NCBI GenBank assembly: GCA_032718475.1
Contig: JAUCBJ010006143.1
Coordinates: 1,220 to 65,219 of the forward strand
Direction of reading: 5' to 3'
Length of the DNA stretch: 64,000 nucleotides
DNA from: Nemertoderma westbladi
Lineage: Eukaryota; Animalia; Xenacoelomorpha
Positions 49,269 to 62,479 of this stretch are shown piece by piece. Position 1 is the stretch's first letter. Each line of letters starts with the position of its first letter. The notes beneath the pieces are model-generated. The model was not told the DNA's origin. It saw only the letters and a program-made list of their open reading frames with translations, and searched no databases. A program made the translations under genes and the position numbers.

Positions 49269-49652
49269 ATCTGTTAAACCCTTTAACCATCTGTAATTCT
49301 AGTCGATTAAGATATTGCGGCACCCACCGATATACTTGAAAGACAAAATTCAAGAATCAGTGGTTAACGTCCCCAGACATGTTCTGTAATAAATCGGTGC
49401 CCATCTTAAGTATTACATAGTTAATATCTATTAAAGCAAATGTTATAATAGAGTAAATGCATAAAAATAAACTCTAAGGAGTTTGTAAACCAAGAAAATA
49501 TATAAATCAAAATCTGTTAAATTTTAGATCCTTTAAAATTCTAGTCGATTAAGATATCGTAGCACTTACCGATACTCTTAAAAGGACAAATTTCCTAGAA
49601 TCAAGGATCCCAGTCCCCAGACATGCTCTGGAATAAAATTGTGCCTATTTAA
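49269..49652 (+). repeat. Diverged direct duplication, period ~243 bp
   Basis: ATCTGTTAAA...AATTCTAGTCGATTAAGATAT...GTCCCCAGACATG occurs twice. Confidence 0.7.
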
Positions 49653-50455
49653 TATTAAATAATAAAATTTACGGGAATAATTTAAATTCATATCCTCTCA
49701 TGAATTTGATAAATTGTTATTTTATACAATTTATAACATTCCAAAAATTCCATTAAATAATAGATCACGGGAGCGGAGATTTATCCTATTAAGTATATTA
49801 GTGTGTGAGAATCTCCAATATATTATAGTCAATAGCCGATAAAATTCATAAAATCATGTATAAGGGGGAATATTGACAATTAAAGAATTACTATTAAATA
49901 GCATCCCAGATCTGTATGCATGAGAATTACCCTAATTCTACTGCTAGCTTTTCATAATGTCACCATAGCAACAACCACGCTAGAATTAGAAGCGAGTTAA
50001 AAGAACAATAGAAAGCTTGCCCCATTGAATAGCATACGGAATAAATAGCGCACTGCTAGTATCCAAGGATACATAATAATAACGTGGCATCCTGGAAGGC
50101 ACTTGACTAACGGACAAACGAATGTGTACAATTTGTGACAATTGTGTGGAATTTGTGCGTTTATAGGTGAATGTTGCTACTAAAGTGTGTTTACAGTAGC
50201 TAGTCACAGTTGTGAAAGTAGCACTACCTCTGCAGTAAGAACCTGAAGTAAATCTAAGCCCATGGGACGGACAGTGGAGTGACTCGCGCTGGTTATTGTT
50301 GTCGTTGTGTAGCTACTACGTTGGCGATAAGCACCGCAACAACTGTACATCGGCGCTGAGGATCTTGCGCTGTCCGGGGGCAGTGAGAGGTAGGCAGCGA
50401 CGCCCACTAGCCTAATTATAATTAATTATAATATTGATAAACTCATATAGCAGCT

Positions 50456-53400
50456 ATGACTGAGTTGATAGAAGATGATCTTGGTATCAGGGAGCGATAT
50501 ACCCTACCGTTGCAAGCGTTTGTTGATAGCCTAATACATGGAGACGCTAGTCCCACTACTATGGAGGACAATGGCCGAATATCAAACCGCCAATGTCCAA
50601 GGAACAACTCACGCGTGAATTGGACTATAGAAAATTCACCGCTTGCTACATGCATCATAATGGTACGTAAATGGACTTCTTAACTACTGGCCATATTATC
50701 GATTTACACGATACGGACGATGTAGACACCGAAAGGGAAATGGTTCTATTTAAATATCATACCCAGCGGAGTCGGAACGATAAACCGAGAATCGAACATG
50801 AGAATTCTATTCGAAACCGACTCGAAAGAGACGACGTTGAAGAGCCGGATGAACGCAGCGACTTCAATGAATATCTGGAATTCTTGAGAGAAACATATCT
50901 CAATATTGCCAGTCAACAAAATCTAGAAACTCGATATCCTCAAGGTATACATCATGACCCTATGATGGAACTCAAACGACTCTATTTGACTATGATGTAT
51001 CTTACTGCCGATCGAACTCTACCTGTTGTACTGGATAGCTTCAAACAGATGGAAGAATATTGTAAAACTGGAGAAAGATCACCCACGTTTCCTCTACAAG
51101 ACATGCGTCTTTGGTATTATTGCTATGAATGCCCTAGACCCAACCAACAAACAGAAAGACATAAACATCTGCGGAGACGTTGTGCTAAACCCAGTTTTAC
51201 TCGCTATACTTATGGAAGTTTCGAGCAAAACTTGTTTGACGTATCACCTACGATCGCTTGACTCAAACGATCCTTAAATAAACCCATGATCAGAGTTCCG
51301 GAATACTCGGTCAGACCTCCTCATTCCCTAGTGAGACCTCAAACTCTTCATCCTAATAGTATAATGGATCCTCCTGAACTGTATTCACTGTTCAAAGATC
51401 TTGTGTTACCCGAACAATTAATCGGTGGCACTCTGGTAGTGGGCTCGCTAGATATTCGCCCATCCTACCTAGCCGGATTGGGACGCGGACGTCTAATATC
51501 GCCGTTCAACCCATACAATTGTCCTGGGTTAACCCCGATACAACCTGTCACCAAAGTCGAGGAGAGCGTTGTACGAAACGCGTTAGACGCTATTCGGCAG
51601 AAGATCGGAAAAGGAACTTACGATTGTTTGGAGAAACGCAAATTGCAGCAACAAGTCCAAGCGGTAAAGGAGTTGGCCTTACCCCAGTTCGATTGAGAAA
51701 TCCAGAACCTCGAGGAAGACATCGAACTTGGACAAACCTATTCTCTATAAGAGTTTTTAGACAAACGCTTACAACAACAAGTGGAGGAAAATCAGCTCGA
51801 GGAGAAACACATTGAAATGGATGAAAGAGAAGAAGCAGCTTTAGCCCAACCAGAAGCTCAAATCCTTATGACTGATCTCTACTCCAAAACCATCATTCAT
51901 CCATCAATGGTTCCCCATTTCAGAGACAAACTCTTCGCAACGGTACAACCCCAACCGGTTGATATCAACCTAAGATCTCGAGATCTTATTGCTGACGCTC
52001 CTATGTTACAGCTTCCGCCAATCGAGGCCGCTCGTGTCGAAGGTATACTCGTTAAACCTCCGGACAATCGAGCGGATCTTGTCCGTTGTATGGTACATAA
52101 GGTCAACATATGCGCTAGACCTTTACCAAACTCGTTTTATGGGATCAAAGATCACCCTTATTATGTCAATCTAACTCAATATTATATGATAAAACCGGAA
52201 GATCCTACACATATTCTAAGGTTTCTACCACTAATAAATCCTCTCGATCTCGTCGAACTCGAACAACTGCAGAAACATCTGGATCAGTTAGTGAAAGTAA
52301 ACTTATTCAGAAAACCCTACAATGTTTCCAGAATAGAGTAAGATAAACTGCCTCCATATAATCTTGATGGATTTATCAAAACTCGATTAGTCTACTGGAA
52401 TCTCGACGTATTATTCGAGGAAGAGAGAATACAACGATATGGAGATGTAGAGACGTATACTACACAATATCTGAAGTATGGAGATCTACCCAACGCTAGC
52501 AAATGCGCCACCTTATGGCATCCGGTGGGGATGACCCTAGAAAATGCCACTAAAGAGTGAAACGAAACTCTTAACGTTATTGAAATGTATGGAGTTGTCA
52601 CTTACGACAATGAAGGTAGCGTTCCGGTTGGAGAACTGAGAACTACGCGCATGATACATATACGAGGACTAGCTGGTTCTACCCACGTATTTACTCGAGC
52701 GTGTTCCGACGTGATTGATTATTCTTTCGAGACCCTCACCGAGATACAAAAGAAACTCCGTCATGGACAATTCGAACTCGTGCAGCGTTACGTCACCGAC
52801 ACCGAGCGCAAACCGGCTATGGGTATCGATGGATCGATGTTACCCCAGCCTGTGCTCAAGATGTTGTTTAACGAATCCTTAAAATCGGCTCAGCTGTTTA
52901 TGGAGATCTCCAAAACGACTTTAGGAACATGGAGAATATCCCGTATCCCTTCGTAGATACTCAGCTGATTGCTCCCTGGGCAGAAGGCCAAATGTTTCTT
53001 CCAAACTATGTATGCCAATACACCCAGTAGCATCAATAAAGTACAACAAACTTCCATCGGACATCTTGCCTTTCAAGAATACGGATGGAATTTCAAAGTC
53101 GGAAACCCTATCAACTATCAACAAGTATATGGAGATCATTATTCTTGATTATACTTTGGCGGACCATTGACCGCACCTGGCGTCGTGTATAGCTTCATGA
53201 GTGTTCCACTTCGTCCCTCATTAGCTATATACACTATCTTCAAAAGCACCGCACTTGCCAGTTGGCTAGCCGATGTGTGCAGTCATACTATACACGCCCA
53301 TCCCTTAATACTTGGAACCAAACTCGCCAAGCTAGATGAACACAATAAATTCATCCGCTTCAAATGCTTCAGGCGCTTTCTGACTCCGTTCCGTAACGTT

Positions 53401-54700
53401 GATTGTCAGTTCAAGGACCGCGCTCTGACCAAGCTCAGCCTAAGAGACTCAGCTGCTGAGAAGTTAGACAGTGCTGGATTTGCCATGTTCAAGGACGTTT
53501 GTATACAGAACATACATTCCTCTGTTATACAAAGACCTTGAATCCCCACGGGTTACTCTATCGTGGAAGTTCAGACACTGGGTTTGCTTGAGGAGACAGC
53601 CACACCTACCTCAGCTATGCAATTGAAAGACAAACCAATATGCTTAGAATCCGAGGAGATTCAGCCCACCGCACCTCGGAGCAGTGACAACAACTACGTC
53701 CTGGAATGGTATCAGGGTCCACAATGTCTCACCGCGTACAATTATCGGCATGCCAATTATATCTCTAGGAAATGTTGCCGATTATGTGCATCTGGAGACA
53801 ATTTCACCCCTGTGGACTCCCACGTACCCTGCTCCTACTTCCATGAACAGCCTACGATGGAGATCTATTGTGCGTATTGTAGACTCAATAACTTGCACAT
53901 TTTTGCAGTCTGCCCCCAATTTATGACTCAATGCCATCATTGTCAGTTTAAAGGACATGCAAGTTTTGAATGCCCTTTCAACCGCGATCTGGAAAGCGTA
54001 GATGAAATGATTACCCTACGCTATATTCGAGCCTGGGAAGCGAACGCGGATTTACATTGTGAGTCACGTCATCGCTATTACCCTGGATGTGCCTACGAAG
54101 GAGTTTATGCGTTCCACCCGTATGAACAAAAATCTCGCACACCGAGTTACGAATTAATGAAGCGTGTTGGCGAGAATATTTCGACCAAATTTGTTTGTAA
54201 ATATCTCAGGAACATTAATCCCAACGATCTTAATTCCTATAACTTGATAAACTTCATTTGTCAAGATCCGGAATATGGTGACTTGTTCATCAACTCGCAT
54301 CCAGAACTACAGGAAGTTCATAGATGACCCTATGAATATAGAGCCCGAGAACGCGAGTTAGAAAGAACCATCAAACTGAGGAAATTTCTCACTACTCACG
54401 GTCCACCTACCGCTCTCGTGCAGACGACTCGTCAGGGACCAGTAAGAGCTGCTGTCCTGAAACGCGCTCTGAAGGTTGTTCGACCTCGTTCCACTGATGT
54501 TGATATCGATCAACCGGGTACCTCAACCGGCGGATACACCGACCGTAATCCTAAACCTTCCGATGCAATTGTATTGCACCCCTCACCCAGGAGTTATAGC
54601 CCTCCTAGTAAAGTGGCTCTCCCCAAAGAGAAAAGGACTCTTGCTAGCTTCAAAAAACTGTGTAAACGCCGTTTGACTAACTCTTTAGAGTATTTTTATA
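50456..54700 (+). pseudogene. ~1,400-codon decayed ORF homologous to the BEL extra ORF (CCHC knuckle protein of unknown function)
   Basis: ORFs 50671, 51286, 51781, 52585, 53167, 53563 and 54418 are all in one frame. Blocks shared with 13132-16861 include IHIRGLAGSTHVFTRACSD, IDGSMLP, CAYC..H..VCPQFMTQCHHCQFKGHASFEC and WEANADLH. Confidence 0.8.
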
Positions 54701-54757
54701 TTTTAGAAACTGTGATTTTTATATTTTATAGAATTAAATCCCATTTTCTGGGAGCGG

Positions 54758-55423
54758 TGTAAAAGCTTTTGCGGATATAACAAGTCATTTTTCTCCGCAA
54801 TGAACTGTGTAGTAGTTGTTTTAGCGGACATAACATGCCATTTTCTCCACAATGTACCCTGTAGGTGTTTTAGCGGACATAACAAGCCATTTTCTGCCGC
54901 AATACGCCTAATACTCTAAAAGAATGGAACTCCGATGACGAAATCTGTCAGCTGATTTACTGTACACGTGGAGCCTCTCTTTGTTCAGGCTCGGCCAATC
55001 AGAGAGATTTTCATTTTATCTTGTACAGAGGCCTACGGAAAACCGCGCAATGCATTACGGTCTTTGTTTACCTTTCTGAGCGAGAACAACTGCTTGGAAA
55101 TTATTCTGTACTTCTGTGTTGGAAGTTTCAGACTTTAGCCAACATTAGACAGCTTTGATTATAGGAACGTAAATCTATTACCTGGCCCTACTGCACTGTG
55201 CAACTGTGCAACAAACCATAACAACTGCACCTTGCTGCAACTGCGGTACCGACATACTGACTTTCACCGCATTATTTTACTTCTCTTTACTGTCTGTTAT
55301 TAATTGTTATATGTTGATGGATATGTTGTTATATTTGGAGAATACCAATAAATAATCATAAAACCCCCTTCTTGATTACTGAAGGTAAGAGGGACCGGTT
55401 ACTGGTAGCAATTGCGACTTACA
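54758..55423 (+). repeat. Putative 3' LTR of the element carrying the second extra ORF
   Basis: Purine-rich GGGAGCGG precedes TGTAA; ends TTACA; contains three GCGGA(C/T)ATAACA repeats, a CCAAT box near 54995 and AATAAA near 55348. No second copy seen. Confidence 0.45.
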
Positions 55424-56313
55424 TTATAGTGGTTTTAGTGTGAATTAAATGCTATTTCATAATCCCTACATGTGTCAGTTGCTATCCTCCTTATATATGG
55501 TCAAATTCAGTGACGGTTGGCAGATCAGTGTGCAGCAGTGGGAAGTCGTATGCAGTAGTGTGACAGATAATAAAGCATCTCCTAAACAATGCGCTATTTA
55601 CGAAAATCAGTAGCCATCTCGTTGTGTGTAGTATAAGTCATAACTCTGTTTATATACTTAAAGCGCCACGTCCTAAAGGAACTGTTAATATTTCCCCGAA
55701 AGTGAATAATATTGTCGGAGATTATATAGTAACGATCAATCGAATAATACAGTAGGTCTGCAACGCAATAACTTCAAAGCACCCGAATCCAGTCTCCCTT
55801 AACTGTGGGGGAATGGTCGCGCATAGACTGGCTTCGGCAAATGTTATGTTACTTCATGTGCACTAAATAATTGTTATAGGCTAAAGTCGATTTATAAACA
55901 AGAGGACACCTAAAATTGGCAGGTTAAACTGCTAAAGGTCTGAAAGCGCAAACATAATTAGAATTTAATTGCTCTAAATTTTGGGTCGAAATGCCGGCGT
56001 TTATTGATATCCCTAGAGAACTCCAACCCAACCACTACTGATCAGATGTGTGCAGAGGATTTACAGAATTTAAAACCCTTTCGGTACCATGGCACATACG
56101 TCTGTTCAATGACATTTATTCGATTTCTAAGAAGGGAAAATGTTGCTGGACTCTTTAAGTACATGCTTCTATATGTTAGCGGCGCATTTCAGCTTGTATC
56201 TACTGTAATTTAACTACGGTAGGCCCCGTAGGCCTACTGCAGACCTGCTTACAGACTGCCAGACTGCAGCAATAAGGTAAACCCTGTTGTTAGTTTTCAA
56301 ATTGTTTCAAATT

Positions 56314-56632
56314 GGACAGACTGACCGACAGACAGACCAGACCGACAGACTGTCTGGATAGGGTAAAAAGTGAAAACTGACGGCGGGAATGAAATCCTTG
56401 ACCAGGAAAACCCCCATAGCAAGAATTTTAATTAACTAATGTGATTCTTTATATTTTTGACAGACAGACTGACCGACAAATAGACCGACAGACAGTCTGG
56501 ATAAGGTCAAAAGTGAAAACTGACAGCGGAAATGGAATCCTTGACCAGGAAAACCCCTATAGTGAGAACGTTAGTAGATTTTATTATTTCTAAAGTCCTG
56601 ACAGACAAATTGACAGAAAGACAGACAGACTT
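56314..56632. repeat. GACA-microsatellite-containing tandem duplication (probable non-autonomous element remnant)
   Basis: Two ~145-bp units GACAGAC...TCTGGATA.GGT.AAAAGTGAAAACTGAC.GCGG.AATG.AATCCTTGACCAGGAAAACCCC.ATAG. Confidence 0.6.
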
Positions 56633-56736
56633 TAGAAATTCATGAATTAGACTTGGGCATTTGGGGATTTGGATAATTTCAAGTTAGGTACCGAAAGGGT
56701 TAATAAACAATTTCAATTAATAATATTTCCTAACAG

Positions 56737-57414
56737 GTTAAAGAGTTGGAACAACAGAATAAAGAGTTGGAACAACAGAATGCAGAGTTGAAAGACCAGT
56801 TCACAGGGTTAAAACTGTATAAGCTAATAGCGCCTATCCTAAATGATGGGGTAAAGATTCAACAAAGATCAGTTTGGAAACTGATTCAACAAAGAGTTGA
56901 TGGATTTGTTGACTTCTATCGAAACTGGGATGAATATGTTGAAGGATTTGGCGACCCGAATACCAATTTTTGGTTGGGGTTGGAGACGATCCACAAACTG
57001 AGTGAAGGCGGGGTGAAGTTGAGAGTCGATTTGTGGTTCACTGGAAGGGGGTGGGATGATAAAACCCAGCGGGTGATGCATTACACCAACGAACACAAAT
57101 ACGCGGAATACGACAACTTCTCTATCGGATCAGCTGCAACTAATTACACCCTAAATGTATCCGGTTACCATGGTACTGCTGGTGACTCATTGGAGTTTCA
57201 CAACGGTCTCCCATTCACTACCAAGGACCGCGATAATGACAGGTGGGACAACGTCAACTGCGCCGTATATCATACTGGGTCGTGGTGGTACAACAATTGC
57301 GCAAACAGTAACTTGAACGGAGAATATGGTGGGGGGGAAGATACAGGACCTTATTGGTATCGTTTTACTATCTACAATCCGGCCTCTCGAGTTGAAATGA
57401 AGATTTGGATTTAG
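56737..57414 (+). CDS. Terminal exon of a fibrinogen-related domain (FReD; ficolin/tenascin/angiopoietin-like) gene
   Basis: Acceptor TTTCCTAACAG|GTT at 56736/37 is in frame. WKLIQQRVDGFVDFYRNWDEYVEGFGD, FWLGLETIHKL, FTTKDRDND, NCA..GSWWYNNCANSNLNG, EMKI; AATAAA downstream. Confidence 0.9.
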   Translation, partial: VKELEQQNKELEQQNAELKDQFTGLKLYKLIAPILNDGVKIQQRSVWKLIQQRVDGFVDFYRNWDEYVEGFGDPNTNFWLGLETIHKLSEGGVKLRVDLWFTGRGWDDKTQRVMHYTNEHKYAEYDNFSIGSAATNYTLNVSGYHGTAGDSLEFHNGLPFTTKDRDNDRWDNVNCAVYHTGSWWYNNCANSNLNGEYGGGEDTGPYWYRFTIYNPASRVEMKIWI

Positions 57415-57569
57415 TAAAACTGTAAGTTTTATATAAAATTACTAAAAAATTCCAATAGAGTTGCGTTGGAAACTAACTTTTACATTTAATTATAAATAAT
57501 ATTAATATAATGTAAAAAATTTATTATAAAAAATATTAAAATATAATATAAATAAAATACCATAATTTA

Positions 57570-59332
57570 TTACCAGGTTATTTAGTTACTGTATTTTACG
57601 AGTTATAGACCCGAGGCGAAGCCGAGGGTTTATAACTGGCCCGAGGGTAAATAACTCATAAAATAACTAAATAACCTGGTAATAAGTGAGTTATTAACCA
57701 ATTTTACCAGGTTTCCCACATTTCTAAAAGGGCTTTAGTTTGGGGGCAGAAGTATTAAAATGGGGCTTGGATATTTTGGGAGTACAAATATAATATATTT
57801 TCAATTTTGTAATTCTTTATGTGTATTATATTTTATTTCAAGACGGTTATTATTCCCTGGGGAGAAATAACTGAATTGGTGATGAATATCACCGACATTC
57901 ATGTACTACATTTCCTGTCCAGTTCGACAACTAAAGTACTGTACATGCATACCGGTAATAAGCAATAAAGAGTATTGATAACATAAGTGGTGTACACATC
58001 CAATTAGCCCCTTCTAATCGTCCACATCTAAGGCATCACTTGTAGAATCTCATTATCAGCTTCATCCATCAGTGTCAACTGATCCCTATCCAATTGAATC
58101 TCTAATACATCTAAACATCCCGCCACCATATATCCACCCCCACCCAGTCCATACCGCCACCGCCACCATCTTGTCAAGAAAGAATTCGCTTGCGGGGCGA
58201 GCCACGAAGTGAGCGAAGCCTTAGCATATGGGTGTCATTAACGAGTTGCCTGTCGTCGTCGTCTGTCGTCGTCGTAAATTTCTGATCGCTAATAACTCGG
58301 TCATGTCTTGATTAAATTAAACTAAACTTGGTACGTACAGTATATAGTCCGGCAAAAGTTTAGAAAGAATCTGAATTTTTGTAGAAAACGAACGAACGCA
58401 ACGGGGCAAATTACCGACAGACAACTCGTTAATGGGTCCCCTATAAGAGTTTAACTAAGTTAAACTATATCTACGGTAGGCACTAGTATAGCCTGTGGAC
58501 CATATTTGAACTTTAAAAAATACTGTATTTTTTTTGTTTTTTGTTATTGGTTTCTAAAACATTAGTATGTATGTTTTTTATGGTAGCTCTGTAATGTTTT
58601 TTACTAGCTAGTATTTTTAAATTATAAAAAAATGTGATAACATTGATATTTCAGGTTTAAACATTTGTTGCAGAATTTGTATTAATGACCAAAAATATTA
58701 ATGATATTTATTGTAATAGGTTACAGTTTTTTTATTTTCAAAAAATACTAGCTAGAAAAAAAAACAGTAGCTATATAGGCCTACTAATGAAAATATATAC
58801 TAAGGTTCTAGAATATTCACCAATATTAAAAAACACTCAAAAAAACAATATTATTTTTTTTTTCAAGAATAAGATATACTAGCTAGTAAAAAAAATACAC
58901 TAGCTAACATAAAAAATATCGGCACTAATGAACTTTAGGGCCCAAAAATTGATTGGAACTAAACAAGTATTATTGTATTATTACCATGGAGATTCAGATG
59001 ATGGCACATTTTTTTAGCTTCAATTAGGTTTTTTAATACTCACCTGCATTTTATTAAATAATTGATTTCTAGAATATACTTTAATTAAATAACATTTGAA
59101 GAATAATTGTAACAATATATATTCTAGAATGTCTATTTTACTATAATTAAACTAAACAAATTAGTACCGCTAGTAAGCTTACTGCATGTACTGATCTGAC
59201 GGTGATACAGAATGATTACTCAGCAGTTATTATTCCCCGGGAAAGAATAACTCAGCAATAGAACTCTATGTTAATTTAGTTATTTTTAATAAGTAATAAT
59301 ATCGGAAAAAACCGATTAATTGGTTAATAACT
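57570..59332. mobile_element. Probable non-autonomous element(s) with hairpin ends; family uncertain
   Basis: Palindrome at 57570-57685 around CCCGAGGCGAAGCCGAGGG; TTATTAACCAATT (57691) is inverted at ~59318-59330; GTTATTATTCCC.GGG...AATAACT at ~57846 and ~59226. Confidence 0.4.
58190..58435 (+). mobile_element. Fragment of a HINE-like element related to 25093-25599
   Basis: TTGCGGGGCGAGCCACGAAGT..GC.AAGCCTTAGC matches the HINE end; (GTC)n; CATTAACGAGTTG is inverted at ~58420-58434. Confidence 0.6.
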
Positions 59333-59335
59333 ATC

Positions 59336-59478
59336 TTTATTGAAGTGTTATTTGTTATTTTGTACGGATATTTTGTACGAGTAACTATTATTTCGTCCAA
59401 GGACTGTTATAACGATGACGAAATAATAGTTACTCGTACAAAATATCCGTACAAAATAACAAATAACAGTTCAATAAA
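59336..59478. repeat. Near-perfect hairpin, ~62-bp arms, ~19-nt loop
   Basis: TTTATTGAAGTGTTATTTGTTATTTTGTACGGATATTTTGTACGAGTAACTATTATTTCGTC and its reverse complement, with one mismatch. Confidence 0.9.
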
Positions 59479-61405
59479 TGTGTTGTCTCCCTGAGAAGGT
59501 TAACAATTCTAAAGAAAGAGTAAGAAAATGGGGCATGGAATTTTTGGGGGATAATATAAATAACGGTATTTATTACGGACTCTATTTAAAAAACACAATA
59601 TTTTAGCGGGAAATAATCACAAGTAATAAAGGTAATTTAAGCGTTTTTATTTAATTTCTATATGTAAATAGACTGACCATTGATAATATTACAGTAGAAA
59701 ATTCCCTTCCTCAATATTTCGACTGCGGGCAGGTGGCAGACTAATAAGTTTAATTGAATATTACTAATTGTTGCTCTTTCTTCATTGGCGGAAGACATAT
59801 TTCACGGCTCGGTTCTCTCTGCGAAGTCAGGCTGTGAAGCTGATCCTCTCATGGGGGTTTTTGTTTAATATGGTGGTACAGGAGAACATTATAGATACAT
59901 TGTGACACAGCTGTAGTTAATTTGGCAGAATGGTTGGTCAGCGTTTCTAAGAGATGGATCCACCGTTTTGTGAAACTCACTCCAAGGCACTCAGGACTTA
60001 CGCGACGCCCATTCCCACCACTTTCATTCTCATACCTCTACCATCGGACTATTTAACATACAAACCATTCTAGAACATATTATGTATTTTGTTACATTAT
60101 TATGACAACTTATCAGCGTTCTGGTGATATCTCCGCAACGACCAAAGTACCATTTACAGCGTTGCGGCCTATAGGACGGAACCCTGTAAAGTATTCATAA
60201 CTTAATAGCAATAAATAAACTCATAAACGTCTTGACTGTTCTCAGTCTATCCATGAGAGCCATATTGTACTGTAAGTGTAACATTATTTACGTTACATTT
60301 GTTACAATAACTGCAAGCAATTTCTTAAAAAGGATATCAATTCACTTATATCACTAGAGAGTGAACATTTCAATATTAAATATAATAATTTTAAGCGTTG
60401 AAAACGGCGACAAGTTTACATAATGTAACAAAATTACGCACCATTCAGCACATACATCATTCAGCCATTGTGTGAAAAGGGCACTGTTCGGTTAACAGCG
60501 TTTATATTTATATAAACCTCACTCGGTCCACTCGCTCGTTACATAAATACACTCGGGTCATAACTCTGAGAAGTGCTAGTTTTCACACAATCATGTAAAT
60601 AGTTTTGTATTTCAAGAATATTAGTTAAATAAATGGTTTGGCGCGTCTTCACCCGCGTCCAATCTTCGTCTGATCGGGGGAAATGAGCAAATTACAGAAA
60701 CGGCAGATTACATATGACTTTTTCTAACCAAACCAACAAACAATGTTGCTAATAATCATTTTGAGGGCGAAGCTTTCTCCGGCCGAAGTTTGCTGCGTAC
60801 CAAATAAATGGCCACATAAAACATCAGAGCAAATGCAATTAATGCCATGACAATATGCCAGTCAAGTCAGCCTGCGCTTTACATACATTACTCTTGTATT
60901 CTTGTATGCCGTCTTTCCAGCGGCAACAACAAAGCAGCAAAAAGATACCAATATTTCTTGATGTACAAAGGGTGCAATATTGAGGAGACACATGAGGCAT
61001 TAGCTGTGTAGCTAATATTCTAGAAAATTAATACAACTGGACGATTTCAAAAATGTTAGAAATTTCCGTACAATATAACACAATTAGCGTAAAAAATAAG
61101 TAACACTTTTAGTACGGTAATTTTGATATAATATAGGAATTATTACGGGATTTAGGGGAGACAAAATAATATATTTGGCTGAAAAGTTAGTAATAATAAT
61201 TAATAATAATGAGTTCCTGAATAAATATCGTTTTTTACTATAAAATTATTTACTTTAACGTCTTTATTATTTATTTTGCAGTTTGAATTCCCAATAAGTT
61301 TTAGAAGAGACTGAATCTTGGCTATTCTGCTATATGTTACCAGTTTATATGTGTGATGGTTATGGGTTATTGGTTTATGTTTGGTTAATATTTACAATAT
61401 ATTAA

Positions 61406-62119
61406 GGGGGGGGGGGTACACCATTTTCGGACAACTCTTCGATTTATCACTCTCAGCGTTTCAAAATTGTTTGGTTTTGGGTATAATTTGGAATATAAGT
61501 ACCTAAGATGCTATTCTACATGACAGGTTAGAAAATTTATATTTTTCGCTATTCAATATTAGTTAATACTAGTTAACAACAAAAAAAACTTGGTTGCGCT
61601 TAAAACCCTAAGGCTTTTACAGTTTTTAACTTAATCACATGAAAGTTTTTTTATATGATAGATTAAAGATGGGGCAACATAACTATCAGGCGAAATGTTG
61701 TGAAAATAATTCTGCACCGCTAGGTGGCGCTGCAAATTTATGCTAATTTTTAGGTTTGTTATAAATAGTATTAAATTTTATTAACAAATAATTTCGAAAA
61801 GTTGTCTGATACTTTTATGCAGGGTGGCTATCTAGACACCCACAGGAAGTTTCAGACTAATTGCTCAAAAATTGTAGAAATAGTAGGGTTTTGAAGTTGA
61901 CAATTTCATAAAAAAAAATATTTGGAGATAATCGACCTTTCATTATACATAGTAATAGTAATTTCAACAGGATTCCCTAAATGGAAATTGTTATAACTTA
62001 AAAACTAAAAGAGCTATTAAATAGCGGTTATCAGATTTGGAAACACCATTCAATGGTGCATTATAATAGACCATAAAAAAATTTCGACATATTTTTGACC
62101 AAAATGGTGTACCCCCCCC
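61406..62119. mobile_element. Non-autonomous Kolobok-like element
   Basis: TTAA|GGGGGGGG.TACACCATTTT.GG ... CCAAAATGGTGTACCCCCCCC|TTAA: TTAA target with purine termini. Confidence 0.7.
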
Positions 62120-62479
62120 TTAACCCAGCAAAACCCAGACATCTAAAACTTCAAGGTAATTTATTCATATTTTCAGAACTAAGTCCAAATAGTCTAACTT
62201 AAACATAGTTTCAAAAACAGTATCAAAACTTTAACCAATCTCAATTTATTAGGTAGGGTACAAATGTAGTACTTGGGCGCTATGGAGGTATTTATATATT
62301 CATAAAAATTACACCAATTTGTTTATAAAGGATAATATAAAGGATGTTATTAACTACTTTGGTGGGTGTAGAATGGAGTATACACAAAAGCATATGTTTA
62401 AAACAGTTTTTAATTTAAAATTGAGTTAAAAATTTCAAGATAATGTAGTATTTGTAGTGTCCCCACCCCCCCCCCCCCC

